Of a stretch of DNA of 64,000 nt, positions 28,626 to 40,246 are shown in pieces. A program made the translations under genes and the position numbers. Positions within the stretch are counted from its first letter, which is position 1; each line of letters opens with the position of its first letter. The stretch lies in assembly GCA_965219415.1 (NCBI GenBank), contig OZ244742.1:1376001-1440000 (forward strand), given 5' to 3'. This DNA comes from Candidatus Marinacidobacterales bacterium. GTDB lineage: Bacteria; Acidobacteriota; Vicinamibacteria; Marinacidobacterales; DATDRI01. Below the pieces are notes generated by a model. It did no database searches, was not told the DNA's origin, and was given only the letters and a program-made list of their open reading frames with translations.

Positions 28626-29411
28626 TCAAGAGGCGCCTTCGTCTTGATTGTCGCTGAAAGACAGCGCGACGGTCGTAATGTTGTCTTCTCCGCCTGACTC
28701 GTTCGCCACGTCGATGAGCCCACGAACTACCTCGTTGACTTTGAGAGCCCGGGAATTCACAACTTTCAGGATCTCACTGTCCTCTACCATCGATGTAAGT
28801 CCATCAGAACAGATCAGCAACAGGTCGCCGGCTTGAAGATCCAACACTTGTAGGTCAATCTCCAACCCTTCCTTCCCTCCCAGAGCGCGGGTAACAACGT
28901 TGCGCAGTGGGTGGGACCGCGCCTGCTCGCTATCGATAAGTCCCGACATCACCTGTTCGTTGACCCAGGAGTGATCGCTGGTCAGTTGGCGGATCGCATT
29001 GTCCCGAACTAGATAGACGCGACTATCGCCGACATGGGCGATCTGTGCTTGATTCTTGTCGAGCAGAACCGCGGCAACGGTGGTAGCCATGCCTTCATAC
29101 TCCGCGCTCTCCTGAACCCTTTCCAGCAGCTTCCGGTTGGCAAATCGGATAGCGGTCTTGAGGCGGTTTCCGGTTAAGGAGAGCTTCTCGTCGAGCCCGA
29201 AGGGCCAAGTAATATCGGCGTCAGAGCTGGTGAGCTTGATGAACTCTTCGATCGTCTCAGTAGCAAGCTCCGACGCCACCTCTCCCGCCGCATGGCCTCC
29301 CATCCCGTCGGCCACGACGTAAAGGCCTTCTTTATCGTTGGCGCAGTAGTTGTCCTCGTTCGACTTTCGCTTGCGCCCTACATCGGAGATCGAGCCGGAA
29401 TCGACCCGCAT
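28626..29411 (-). CDS. PP2C/Stp1 Ser/Thr phosphatase
   Basis: SDVGRKRKSNED, VADGMGGH, HVGDSR, TRALG, CSDGL, GGEDNIT. Confidence 0.93.
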   Translation of the reverse strand: MRVDSGSISDVGRKRKSNEDNYCANDKEGLYVVADGMGGHAAGEVASELATETIEEFIKLTSSDADITWPFGLDEKLSLTGNRLKTAIRFANRKLLERVQESAEYEGMATTVAAVLLDKNQAQIAHVGDSRVYLVRDNAIRQLTSDHSWVNEQVMSGLIDSEQARSHPLRNVVTRALGGKEGLEIDLQVLDLQAGDLLLICSDGLTSMVEDSEILKVVNSRALKVNEVVRGLIDVANESGGEDNITTVALSFSDNQDEGAS

Positions 29412-29422
29412 ACAGAGGACAC

Positions 29423-30032
29423 CTACTTTCTCCGGGCTTTGTCCGCCGCGGCGGTCGCCTGGGACACGTGCTTCTTGAGCTCTGGATCGCTAGGAAACTG
29501 TTGGAGGCCCGACTCATAGATACGCCGGGCCCTGGTGGGAAGCCCGGACCGATGAAGCAATTCACCGAGCTCCAAATACAAATCCTTGCGCTTAGGATCC
29601 TGTTGGATGGCCTTGTTGTAGAGTTCCGCGGCCGGACGCGCCTTGGAACGATCGGTGGCCATAACTCGCGCCGCCGCGCCAGTATAGAGTGCGTTTTCCG
29701 GTTCCAGACGGCTGGCTTCGAAGAAGAACTTCCGCCTCGTTGTAGTCCTTCAGCTCCTCGCGCATGACACCATTCCTATAATATCGCTCCGCCTGCTCCT
29801 TGGGCGGCAAAGATTCCCGGGCAATCTCTTGATCGTACTCACGTCGCAGCCTCTCATCTCGAAGGTGGTTGTACGACTCGTTGATTCGCTGAATCGTCCC
29901 CGCCGCTTGCGTACGCTTCTCCGGATCTTGAAACCGATCCGGATGATTCTCGCGGGCCAGCTTCATGTAGGCCTCTTTGATTTGAGCCTTGCTCGCCGTC
30001 TTGGGTACGCCAAGAATCGCGTAATAGTCCAT
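29423..30032 (-). pseudogene. DnaJ domain plus TPR protein, frameshifted near 29730
   Basis: DYYAILGV...HPD; the TPR continues in ORF 29423-29662. Confidence 0.8.
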
Positions 30033-30041
30033 CCCTTACCT

Positions 30042-31100
30042 CTACGCTTGAGACCGTTTCAGCTTGCCAGCCTGACGTCGCACCGCCTCGGAGACGTTAC
30101 GATCGGTTGCGAGACGCTTCAAGTCGCGCGCCGGCAGTCTTGGAAGGAGTCGCATCGTGATCTCGACCGGCGTCAACGGGTTCCTGACCAATTCGTGTGC
30201 CACTTTGTGTCGCTTGGTCCATTCTCTTTTCGCTCCGATGGCGCGTAGCACCTCGGAAGATACATTTTTCATTGCCGCGAAGCCCTCAATTTCGGAGTCG
30301 GTGAGCCGCGGACTGCTGAGCACGGCATTGTAGACTACGCGGTTTCGGTCCCGGATCAACATCCCCCTGGTCACTCGATCCCCTTTGAGGCCCTCCATCA
30401 TTTTCTCGGCCGCGGTCATTTTCACCAGACGCTGAAAATTCGTGAGCTGGGATTGGAGTTCCTCCTCGCTGATCTCCCCACCATCTCCATACTGGGCCAC
30501 GGCATCCTCGATGGTCTTCGGTGGCGGCGCCTCCTCTTCGGGAGGTCCGGTCTCCAAATCCATCAACGCCGCGGCCGCTTCGGGTGGTGGAGCCTTGGCT
30601 GACACCCCCGTTTCGCCAATCTTGAAGTCGTGTCTGAGCTCGGTGAGACGACGGCGCTGATCATGATTCAGGTTCTCGCTCGCCTCGAGTGCCTCCAGGA
30701 GCGGGATGTGACGAAGCACACGCGTCTGATTGATGACCACGATCTCAAGCAGGTTCGCTGAAAGCCGCGGGGCCATCAGTTGGATAGTCTGGTCTTCGGT
30801 TTCCGAGTTTTGCAGGATGATTTCGAGCAAGTCCGGCGCTTCCAGTCGCGTGCCGAAGAACTCTAGCACCTTTGGGCTGGCCGAACCGTCTTTCAGCACA
30901 CCCTGCAAACTCTCCGGCGGTATCGCGAGCAGGCTGGCCTCAGCTTTGTTTCGCACTTCGTCGTCTCGGTCGCGAGTCAGTAAATACAACAGCTCCGCCT
31001 GATCCATCGGTTTGAGGGGGAGCTGCCCGGCGGCCGCGGTCAAGCGGACCCCGCGGGATACTCCACCCTTGCGAAATTGGTCAACTAACGGTGAAGCCAT
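30042..31100 (-). CDS. Conserved helical-repeat (HEAT/LRV-like) hypothetical protein
   Basis: LIRDRNRVV...SPRLT...LVRNPLTP repeats; operonic position. Confidence 0.7.
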   Translation of the reverse strand: MASPLVDQFRKGGVSRGVRLTAAAGQLPLKPMDQAELLYLLTRDRDDEVRNKAEASLLAIPPESLQGVLKDGSASPKVLEFFGTRLEAPDLLEIILQNSETEDQTIQLMAPRLSANLLEIVVINQTRVLRHIPLLEALEASENLNHDQRRRLTELRHDFKIGETGVSAKAPPPEAAAALMDLETGPPEEEAPPPKTIEDAVAQYGDGGEISEEELQSQLTNFQRLVKMTAAEKMMEGLKGDRVTRGMLIRDRNRVVYNAVLSSPRLTDSEIEGFAAMKNVSSEVLRAIGAKREWTKRHKVAHELVRNPLTPVEITMRLLPRLPARDLKRLATDRNVSEAVRRQAGKLKRSQA

Positions 31101-31121
31101 CTCTATCCTTCATGGGAACGC

Positions 31122-31908
31122 CTACGATGTGAAATCGGCGATATTCTCCGAGGTGATGCAGATGTTCTTTCGAACCTGCCCGGCCTGCCCCAACGGCCTG
31201 CCGACTCGGCCGTCGATCCAATAGGACACCCCGCCTGCGTTTCCCACCGACAAACAGATTTCGGCAGCCTCGAATTCCTTTCGGAACCCGACGAGCTTGA
31301 TCCCCTCGTCGACCGATTCGCCGTCGGTTTGCACTTCCAACCAACAGGGCTCTTCGATCTTCAGGGTCAGACGGAGTTTCTTGGCTGCCGGAAGATTGTC
31401 TTCGTCGGCTCGCTCCGACTCCAGCTCGTTCCTGACGAATGGTAGCCGCGCCGAGTCGGCCACCCTGCTGGTGGTCCTACTGGTTTGGCCCGCCGATTGG
31501 AACGCCTCCAACTGGCTGGGCGTCGGACCCGCTTCGGGCGCTCGCCGCCAAACCGCCGCGGCCGCGCCGCTCAAACCCACTCCCGCGATAACCAACGCCG
31601 CCCATTTGACCGCTGATGCGAGCGGGAGGTACGGCAAGGTCCGCGCCGCCGGTGATGATCCGGGTACTCTGCCACTCGTCGCGGCGAACTCGTAGGCGGT
31701 CAGTAGCCGCTTTTCGTCCAAGCCTAGATATCGTGCATAGGCCTTGACGTAGGATCGCTGATAGAAGCGGCCGGGTATAACGTCGACGCGACCGGATTCG
31801 ATCGCCTCCAGAAAACGCACTCCTACCCTTGGTTGTCTCCGCGATCTGAGCGAGACGAATTCCTCGACTCTCGCGCTCACGCTTCAGTTCGTCACCAAAC
31901 GAGAACAT
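31122..31908 (-). pseudogene. rodZ: RodZ-like HTH, TM and DUF4115 protein with a +1 frameshift near 31827
   Basis: FGDELKRERESRGI..IAETTK | VGVRFLEAIE...RSYVKAYARYLGLD...CWLEV..DG...GNAGGV. Confidence 0.8.
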
Positions 31909-31990
31909 TTATCGAACCTTGTGGAAAGGCGAAGGGTCTATCCTCTTCGGGACGTGGTGCTTCCGGGCACACGGAACCCAGGCTAACGTC

Positions 31991-32019
31991 ATTTTGTCAG
32001 ACCCGCACGGACCTGTCAA
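31991..32019 (-). promoter_or_regulatory. Promoter of the rodZ to kinase/FHA operon
   Basis: TTGACA-17 nt-CAAAAT with extended -10 TG. Confidence 0.55.
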
Positions 32020-32039
32020 CGTACGGCCCAAAAACACCC

Positions 32040-32590
32040 TCACCTCGTTGCTCCTGGCCTAGACAGGATGCGTTCCGCACCCAATCGGACGACAGGGGGG
32101 AGCTCGTTCTTGTCGACCAGTTTCGCGACCACCGACGGTGGGAGGGCCGCCAATGCTTGAAGTGCGGTGTGAACCGGCGTCCTCTTGTTTTTGATGACCG
32201 CCGTCCTTACCGCCGGACGGCTCGCCCATCGCTCGGAGTCGGCCAAGACCCGCAGAATCTCCGCGGTACTCCGGGGATCTTCGGCGATCTGCAATACCTG
32301 AACTTCACGCAGGCGCGGATTATTGAGCAGCGCGGCGACGACGCGCGAGTTTTTATCACCGATCAAGCCCGGGACTAGGCCGGCGGTGGCGGTACGGGCC
32401 AGAGTTACTCGCTCCCCGAGCTCTAGCTCGGGGAGTCGGTCGCGCAAGTACCGCTCCGCGGCGGTCCGAACTGGCATGGGGAGGCGAAAGTTATTCGCTA
32501 TCTTCAACAGCTCCTTCCAGAACAGCTGGTTTATCAACCGAAGCGCTAAAGTCTTGGGCGTCTTGGCGTGATTAACGATGGCGGACTTCC
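32040..32590 (-). pseudogene. 5'-truncated helical-repeat protein (similar in style to 30042-31100)
   Basis: The open frame begins abruptly at KSAIVNHAKTPKTLALRL right after a stop; LLNNPRL and VIKNKRTP repeats. Confidence 0.6.
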
Positions 32591-32773
32591 ATCATGGCAT
32601 CACCAGACCTCCGGCGGAGCCGATTCGCTACGTCCCCCCGGCCTCCCGGGCCTCCCCGGCCTGCTCAGCCTTGGCCATCTCCTGCTCGACTACAAGCGAC
32701 ATTAGCGAGAACGCTACGCGAGGGGGGGAGCTCCGTCTGGGAAGCTTCTCCGGTCACGATCGAAATACAAAAC

Positions 32774-34157
32774 GGGTTTACGCGGATTCGTGTGGGTAAG
32801 TTCTGACGGAAAAACAGTGTAACTCATTGTGTGGAAAAGGTATCGAGTACTTCATCAGGTGCTGAAAAGTGGTCCATTTTTAGGATAGGCTAACCGAGTG
32901 AAAAATTCCCAGTCGATCCGCTCGCTGTTTGCGCTGCCAGGTTTCGTGGTTGGTGCCGGGTTGAAGGGTCTATTCGGTGACCGATACGCCCGCGTCATCC
33001 AGCTCAAGAGGCGAAAAAAACAGCTGTGTGCTCTTACTGTGGGCAACGGTGCCGGGGGCGCTATGACAAGCAAGTGTGCCGGGTCCGCGACCTGTCGTTG
33101 GCAGGCTGGCGGATCTATCTGGAATACGAGCGTCGGCGCGTCAACTGTTCTGGGTGCGGCGGTGTGCATGTAGAACACCTAGACTGGCTGGCGAACAACT
33201 CGCGCTACACCCAGCGTTTTGCGACGCATGTGGGCAAGCTGTGCCGGGATATGCCGAACAAGGCGGTGGCCGAGATGGAACGTCTGCACCACGGTACGGT
33301 GAAGGCTCTGGATACGCTCTACATGCAAGAGCAGGTCGACCGGGCGGGGCTACCGGCGCCTCGGGCCATCGGTGTCGATGAGATCTCCATCCGCAAGGGA
33401 CATAACTATCGCGTCATTGTCAGCGACCTGGAGCGGGCGCGTCCCATCTGGGTGGGCGGTGAGGGTCGCAAAGAAACCGACATCGATTTGTTCTTCAAGG
33501 CGCTGGGCGGAAAGAAAAGCGCCCGTATCAAGCTGGCCGCCATGGATATGTGGAAGCCCTTCCGGAACTCGGTGATTCACAACGCGCCTAATGCGCGGAT
33601 CATCTTCGACAAGTTTCATATCATGCGTCATCTGTCAAAGGCCCTCGATGAGGTCCGGCGCGGTGAGTACAAACGCCTCAGCGGCAAGGACCGGTCGTAT
33701 ATCAAGGGGCAGCGTTACACTTTGCTTTCCCGGCGGGAGAACCTGAGCCTAGACGGTCGCCGCGCACTCAAAAAGTTGCTCCAGGCCAACCGGCGCCTGA
33801 ACACCGCCTATATTTTGAAGGAGGTCTTCGGGCAACTCTGGGATTACCGCACCGAACGCGGCGCTCGCGCCTTTTTCACTCGTTGGAAAGACAGCCTCAA
33901 ATGGCAACGCCTGCATCCGTACCAGAAGTTCGCCGGTATGATTGAGTCCCATTGGGATGGTATCGCCTCCTACTGTCATCCGGAGAACAAAGTCAGTCTC
34001 GGCCTAGTTGAAGGGGTCAACAACAAAATCCGTGTTCTGCAACGACGCGCCTACGGCTATCGCGACGAGGAATATCTCAAGCTGAAGATCGTGGCGGCTT
34101 TCCTTCCGCCATTACCCAGAAATGCAGTTTTCAACCCACACGAATCCGCGTAGACCC
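32774..34157 (+). mobile_element. ISL3-family insertion sequence (1384 bp)
   Basis: 24-bp IRs GGGT(T/C)TACGCGGATTCGTGTGGGT; 8-bp AT-rich TSD TACAAAAC at 32766-32773 and 34158-34165. Confidence 0.96.
32898..34153 (+). CDS. ISL3 transposase, expressed via -1 slippage at A7 (33014-33020)
   Basis: ORF A ...LKRRKK joins the -1 frame TAVCSYCG; zinc finger, IGVDE, AMDMW, DKFH, EGVNNKI...AYGYR. Confidence 0.88.
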
Positions 34158-34165
34158 TACAAAAC

Positions 34166-34519
34166 TTATGAATGCTTTTCGTGGGTTGCGACGGCATGCG
34201 GCTCTCGGTCGTTCCTTGTCGAAGTGCCACGGTCCGTTGACCCGTCTTCGAGCGGCACCCCACCTGGAAACAACGAAGTAGAGGTCGAACTCCGCGCCTT
34301 GCGTCCGATGACTTCATTCAGCCCGATGTAGATGTTCGCGACTCCGAGACCTGAAACGGCGCCGCGGAACATGGGATTCAAGACGACGTCGCTGAGCGTC
34401 GGGTACGCTTGAAGAAAGTAATTACGCTCCCAAATCATGGACCAGGGAACGAGCAGCAAGAAAACCCCTACTTCGAGACAGATCAAGACATACAGCACGA
34501 ACCACTGGCGGTCTCCCAT
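34166..34519 (-). CDS. Small membrane protein (hypothetical)
   Basis: CLEVGVFLLLVPWSMIWERNYF...RGAVSGLGVANI. Confidence 0.75.
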   Translation of the reverse strand: MGDRQWFVLYVLICLEVGVFLLLVPWSMIWERNYFLQAYPTLSDVVLNPMFRGAVSGLGVANIYIGLNEVIGRKARSSTSTSLFPGGVPLEDGSTDRGTSTRNDREPHAVATHEKHS

Positions 34520-34645
34520 TACGTTGCTCTAGGGGCCACCGAGTGCCGGTCTAGTACCGTCTCAGCCAACTTGTCGAAAAACCTCTTTTTCACGGAAGCT
34601 CGAAGGCGGTGAACCTGATGTCCGGTCGGATCGGCTCGGCGCACG

Positions 34646-37600
34646 CTAGTTCTTGGCGGCCTGTAGGCTGCTCACGCGGTCCTTGACGTCGCGAAAACGA
34701 GCATTCACACGATAAATATCCATGAATAGCTCGAGGGCGCGATCGGGTTCACCGGCTGACTCGTATGCGATCGCCAGATCGTATCGGAGACCGTGCTGCT
34801 CTTCTTCACCCCGTCCGGGAGAGTTGAGCCCTTTCTCGAACCATTTGATGGCAATCTGGGGCATTCCCTTCTCCAGGAAGCAAAGCCCCAACATGCTGCA
34901 GCATTCGAGAAGTCTACTCTCGTCCTTGGACGCTAGCTGAAACTCTGCGATGGCCTCATCGAGAAGCCCCATCTCTTTGTAGGCAATACCGAGGTTGTAA
35001 CGGGTGTCGTAGTCTTCGGTGCCGAGCTGCTTTTCCACTCCCTTTTTGAACTCTCGGAACATTTCATCGAGATCTGGGTCGGTGACGGCATCGGTAGGAT
35101 TTCCGGTCAGCGAGGTCTCCTCCACGGCACTCTGCGTTCCGAAGACCTCATCGGAGAGCTCAGAGGCCAGGTCGACGTACTCACCCTCGATACCGGCCGG
35201 ACCGCTCAAAACCGACTCGACCTCGTCTAGCTCGGCGACTCCCTCCAACGCGGCCAGTGGGTCCTCTTCAACGTCAGGGACTTCCGTCGTGGGAAACCCG
35301 GGGACGCTTTCGGCCCGGCTAACCGGGGCCGGTTCAGCTGCCTTGTCCTCTGGCACCGAAGTACTCGCCGGAGAAACAAGTGACTCCTCGACCGGGGCAG
35401 CCGCTCCGGGAGCGGTCGCCGGGGCCTCCACTTCTTGCTGCAGTTGCTCGACCGAAAAGCCGACCTCGTCGATTTTTGCCAGAACCTGTGGGTCGTCGGG
35501 TCGCTGCTTGAGAATCTCTCGGAGCGTATCACGCGCGTCTTCGTAGAGTCCCAAGGCCATGTACTCGTCCACCTCGGCAAGGTCGTCTCGGGCCGGGGGG
35601 GCGGCCGGCACAGCTGCCGGAGGGGGCGCGACCTGCGCAGCGGGAGGTGGGCTGGCGGCCTGACCGGGCGGTACCGTTCGATCTTCTTCTTCGAAAAACG
35701 AATCCGTACCTGACGCGATGGAAGGCTCAGGCGTCTCGGGAATTTCCGCAGCCCCCTCGTCGAACTCGACCCGAACATCGTTGTCCGGCTCTTCACCCGT
35801 GAGCCCCTCTAGATCGATCTCTACATCCCCGCCGGCAGACGACGACTCGCCACCGACCGAGAATTCGTCACCGGGAATGCTCAACTCGTCCGTTACCGGC
35901 GAGGGCGGGGCGGGCAGCTCCTCCGCCAACGGCTCCTCTTCAACAATGGGGGCAGTTGGCACGGCTGGCGCAGACGTTTCCTCTACGATGGGCGCCGGCT
36001 CATCGTCCGAGCCAATCTCACCGGCGACATCGTCCATGTCGACTTCCACCGAAAACTCGTCCGGTCGATCGTCGATGACGACTTCAACGTCGTCTGCTGG
36101 AGCGGAGACGGAGGGTTGTTCCTCTTCCTCCTTTTCAACAGCGAAGGGCAATTCGTCTTCGCCCATCGAGACCGCTACGTCCGGGTCGATGGTTTCCTCT
36201 GGGGTTTGCTCCGGCGATGCGGCGACGGGCACTTCAACGTCCATCGCCAAATCGTCGTACTGTTCCGGGGCCTCTGGTGTGAGATCGATTTCGTCCTCCG
36301 GCACCAAGGATTCAGCGGGGATCTCTTCCAGGGCCGGGTTGATGCTGCGAGCCTCGATGCGAGCCTTCTCGGCGTTATCATTCTGCCCCAACCGCGTATA
36401 GATGGTGGCCAGTTGAGTCAGCTCTTCCGCCGCTTCGTTGCTCATGCCTTGATCGCGATAAATTTCGATCAACTTCTCACGGGCCGCGGTATGAAAACGG
36501 AAGCGGTCGAGAACATCCTTGAGCTGCTCGACCGCTTTGTCCACTAGCCCGTATCGAACGAAGACCTCGGCCTCCGTCATCTTCTCCTTGATATTCTCCT
36601 CGTCATCAGAGCTCAAGGATGTGACAGCGTCGATCTCCTGCTGAGTTTGCTCCGACGGAGGCTCGGCCACCGAAGGCTCCACCTCTAGGGGCCCGGAGAG
36701 CGCTTCGTCGATGTCGATGACCGGCTCCGATAATTCCGATACATCCATCGGTGCTTCCGCAACATCGGTATCCAATTCGACCACAGGCGGTAGATCCTCA
36801 TCCATAATGGCCGGGACTCTAGGCGCCTTCTGAGCGGGCGGAGCGGGGACACGAGGAGCAGGCGCGCTGGCAGCGGGAGCAGGTACGGACGGGGCAGCAG
36901 GAGCTCCCAGCTTGGATTTGAGGAAACGTACTCTATCCTTGTGTTGAGAGTTCTCGGGCTCGAGCTCGATGAGCTGCTCAGCGACTCGAACCGCTTTCTC
37001 GTAATCGCCGTGCTTCGAGTATGCCTCACAGAGCTTGTCGTAGGCGCTCGCCCTCCCAGCATCCTGTTTCAAGACCGTCTGGACTTCCACCAACTTCAAA
37101 AGGGTCTTGGTGTGGTGCGGATCGCGGTTCATAATCTTTTGGAGGTAAGCAGAGGCTTTTTCGCCTTCTTTGCCGGCAACGAGACGATCCACCGCGGGCG
37201 CCAAGAGCTCGAGCGCTTGGTCGCAGTTTCCTTGGCCGATCGCCAGATCGGCCAAGCGGCTCGTATGATCCGCGTTATCCGGCTCGAGGTCGGCGAGACG
37301 CCTGAACATGGCCTCGGCCTCGGCGGAGCGACCTGCACCCATATAGGCTTCGCCGAGGCGCGAGAGCAACTCGACATCTTGCGGGTGTTGCTCGCGCACC
37401 TCCTCAAGTAACTGAATGGCCTTGTCGTGGTGCCCTTGAAGGCTGGCCGCTTGAGCCAGCTTGGTCCTCAGCAATCGACTGGTGTTGTCGATCCGGAGGC
37501 CCTTCTCCATGATCTGGATCGCCTCCGCCACCAACCCCTTGTTGATGAACTCATCGGCGATGCCCACGTACTCGGCGACCGCCTCCTCGACCTTGCCTTC

Positions 37601-38076
37601 TCGCTCCAGAAACTCGGCAAACTTGTAGCGGACTTTCAAGTCAGAGGATCGATCTCGGCGAGCTTCTTGAAGACTTCGGTAGCCTGCCGTTTGTAGCCGG
37701 TCTTCGTGTAGAGCTCGACCAAGGCTTGATACTGCGCCTTGGCCTCCATCAACAAACCCTGAATCACCTGCAGCTCGGCTAGATTGCGCATCGCCGTTTC
37801 GTTCTGAGGATCCAGGCGCAGGATCATTTTGTGAGTGGCGATGGCGCGGACGTTGAAACCATCCTGACGGTAGTAGTCCGCGATCTGCGCGTACTTCTTT
37901 ATGGCTTCGTTGTTTCGCCCGATGCGGGCATAGAGGCCGCCGATTTGGCAAATGGTATTCCAATCCTTGGGGTTGGCGGCCACCCATTTTTCGTACTCGG
38001 CGATGGCCTTCTCGACCTTACCGGAGTGGATATACTTGTCGGCGGTCTTGAAGATCCGGTCCCGGCTCAGCGCCAT
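34646..38076 (-). pseudogene. Large TPR protein with acidic/Pro-rich linker (SgmX/FimV-like architecture), frameshifted near 37645
   Basis: ORF 37636-38076 joins 34646-37645 at EIDP|SDLKVRYK; C-terminal FKKGVEKQL..EDYDTRYNLGIAYKEMGLLDEAIAEFQ. Confidence 0.8.
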
Positions 38077-38193
38077 CCCTCAGTTCCTCACCGTATGGAC
38101 ATCCCGACGGGCTCAGAGGTCAAACTCATGCCCTGTTGACGTTGCCGATCTTGCCGGCCTTGTCGAGACCCGCTGTTCCGTTCGCACATGGCG

Positions 38194-38547
38194 TTAGTTG
38201 GTGAGCCCTCTCTTCTCCCGAAGGCGGGCGGCCTTACCCTTCCGACCCCGCATGTAGTAAAGCTTGGCTCGGCGCACGTGATGGGATCGAAGGACCTCGA
38301 TTTTCGCGATCGTTGGTGCGTGGATGGGGAAGATCCGCTCCACACCATGGCCGAAGGACGTCTTCCTGACCGTCATGGTGGCCCGCGGCCCACCATGCTT
38401 GAGCGCGATGATCATCCCCTCGAAAATTTGAATCCGCTCCTTGTCGCCCTCTTTGACCTTCACGTGTACCTTTACGGTATCTCCAGCCGTCAAGGCCGGA
38501 ACACCCTCCTTCAACCCTCGTGAATCTAGTTCTTCCATCACATTCAT
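38194..38547 (-). CDS. rplS: 50S ribosomal protein L19
   Basis: GDTVKVHVKVKEGDKERIQIFEG...GVERIFP...VRRAKLYY. Confidence 0.97.
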   Translation of the reverse strand: MNVMEELDSRGLKEGVPALTAGDTVKVHVKVKEGDKERIQIFEGMIIALKHGGPRATMTVRKTSFGHGVERIFPIHAPTIAKIEVLRSHHVRRAKLYYMRGRKGKAARLREKRGLTN

Positions 38548-38623
38548 TTCTAAACCTCTCAAGTAATGCAAATCAAATTAGGACTCGTTTGAACCGGGCT
38601 ACCAGAGCCTCGGTTACACGACG

Positions 38624-39379
38624 TTAGTGCCTCGCCGAGCTCTTCACCAAACCTTCGAGCTCGTCCAGAATCTCGCGCTCCTCTGTATCCAATTCCGCAC
38701 TCGCTAGCAGCTCGGGCCGACGGGCTCGAGTTGCGTGAAGTGCTTTTTCCTTACGCCAGCGTCGGATTGCCGCATGGTTGCCGGAAAGAAGCACCTCCGG
38801 CACCTTCATCCCTCGAAACTCTTCCGGCCTCGTGTAGTGAGGACAATCCAACAGCCCGCGACTGAAAGAGTCTTCTTGGGCGGAAAGTGGATCCGAAATG
38901 GCGCCGGGAAGCAACCGTACGACCGCATCCACGACGACCATGCTGGGAAACTCCCCGCCGGACAGCACATAGTCTCCGATGGAAATCTCCTCCGCACCGG
39001 TAGCGTCCAGGAACCGTTCGTCCACGTCCTCGTAGCGACCAGAAACGAGCACCAGCTGGCTCAGCTTGGCGAGCCGCTCCACCCGGTCCTGGCGCAGGGG
39101 AGCGCCTCGCGGTGAGAGCAAGACCACCGCCCGTTCATCGTCCGGTACGCGATCATCGGTCACCGCTTCGACCGCCTCCACCAAGGGCTCGACTTTCATC
39201 ACCAGGCCCGGCCCGCCGCCGTAGGGTGAGTCGTCAGTCGTACGATGCCGGTCATGGGTCCAAGAACGAAGATCGTGAACACGAATATCCACTCGTCCCG
39301 CTTCACGGGCCTTGCCCAGGACGCCCCACTCGAGCGCCCGAAACATGTCAGGAAAGATGGTGACGACGTCAATGCGCAT
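38624..39379 (-). CDS. trmD: tRNA (guanine-N1)-methyltransferase
   Basis: [44 protein letters not shown]. Confidence 0.96.
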   Translation of the reverse strand: MRIDVVTIFPDMFRALEWGVLGKAREAGRVDIRVHDLRSWTHDRHRTTDDSPYGGGPGLVMKVEPLVEAVEAVTDDRVPDDERAVVLLSPRGAPLRQDRVERLAKLSQLVLVSGRYEDVDERFLDATGAEEISIGDYVLSGGEFPSMVVVDAVVRLLPGAISDPLSAQEDSFSRGLLDCPHYTRPEEFRGMKVPEVLLSGNHAAIRRWRKEKALHATRARRPELLASAELDTEEREILDELEGLVKSSARH

Positions 39380-39911
39380 TGAGTGCTACCAGCCCTTCCG
39401 GAACATCTACTTCCACGCGCCCTCGCTCCGTGTCAATGGACTTACAGATCGCATCACAAAGCGGAATGAGAGTCTCCCCTGCTTTCGAGTCCCTAACCAC
39501 TAACAGATCGGTGCCGCCCGTGGTTAAGACCTCCTCGACGACGCCCAGATAACCGCTTTGGCCATCCCATACGCCGCAACCACGAACACGAAACTGGTAG
39601 TGGCTGCCTTCCGGCAGCGGCTCGAGCTCCGACTCCGGGATGCGAAGCTCCCGCCCCGACAACCGTTCCGCCTCTCCAATTCCCGTGATCCCCTCGAACT
39701 TGATGATCGGCCTTCCGCCTTGCAGGCGAACCCACTCCACCGGTAATACGAAGACGCTCCCATCATCACGGTCGGTAAACACTCGCCCCAACTTCTCGAA
39801 TCGATTCGGAAAATCGGTAAGCGGGTTTACCGCGACCTCGCCCTTTCGACCTTGAGCGCGAGCCACGCGTCCGACGGCGACCAATTCTTGCCAGCTTGGT
39901 ACGACATCCAT
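39369..39911 (-). CDS. rimM: Ribosome maturation factor RimM
   Basis: [22 protein letters not shown]; synteny. Confidence 0.93.
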   Translation of the reverse strand: MDVVPSWQELVAVGRVARAQGRKGEVAVNPLTDFPNRFEKLGRVFTDRDDGSVFVLPVEWVRLQGGRPIIKFEGITGIGEAERLSGRELRIPESELEPLPEGSHYQFRVRGCGVWDGQSGYLGVVEEVLTTGGTDLLVVRDSKAGETLIPLCDAICKSIDTERGRVEVDVPEGLVALNAH

Positions 39912-39971
39912 ATTAGGCCTTCATCGTCTCGTTCACCCTATGCCTACGCCTTGTGCCCTATGACTTATGAC

Positions 39972-40202
39972 TTACTCAATAATTTCAAGATGAAACCGCT
40001 TGCGTAACTTCATCCCAGCAGCGGACAGGATCGTTCGGATCGCGCGAGCCGTACGCCCTTGCTTGCCGATGACTTTTCCCAAATCCTCCTGAGCCACCCT
40101 GAGCTCGAGAATGGTGGTTTGCTCCCCGCCCACTTCCGATACTGCAACCTCATCCGGGTTGTCGACTAGTGCTTTCGCAATGAGCTCCAATAATTCCTTC
40201 AT
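39972..40202 (-). CDS. khpA: KH-domain RNA-binding protein KhpA
   Basis: [18 protein letters not shown]. Confidence 0.95.
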   Translation of the reverse strand: MKELLELIAKALVDNPDEVAVSEVGGEQTTILELRVAQEDLGKVIGKQGRTARAIRTILSAAGMKLRKRFHLEIIE

Positions 40203-40246
40203 CTCGGTCCCTCCCGCTCGCTTCGGTTCAGTCGGTGTTGGGCTCT

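Noticed and set aside
23874-29411. Type VI secretion locus
   Set aside because: Kinase, phosphatase and FHA genes are present, but there are no tss, hcp or vgrG genes.
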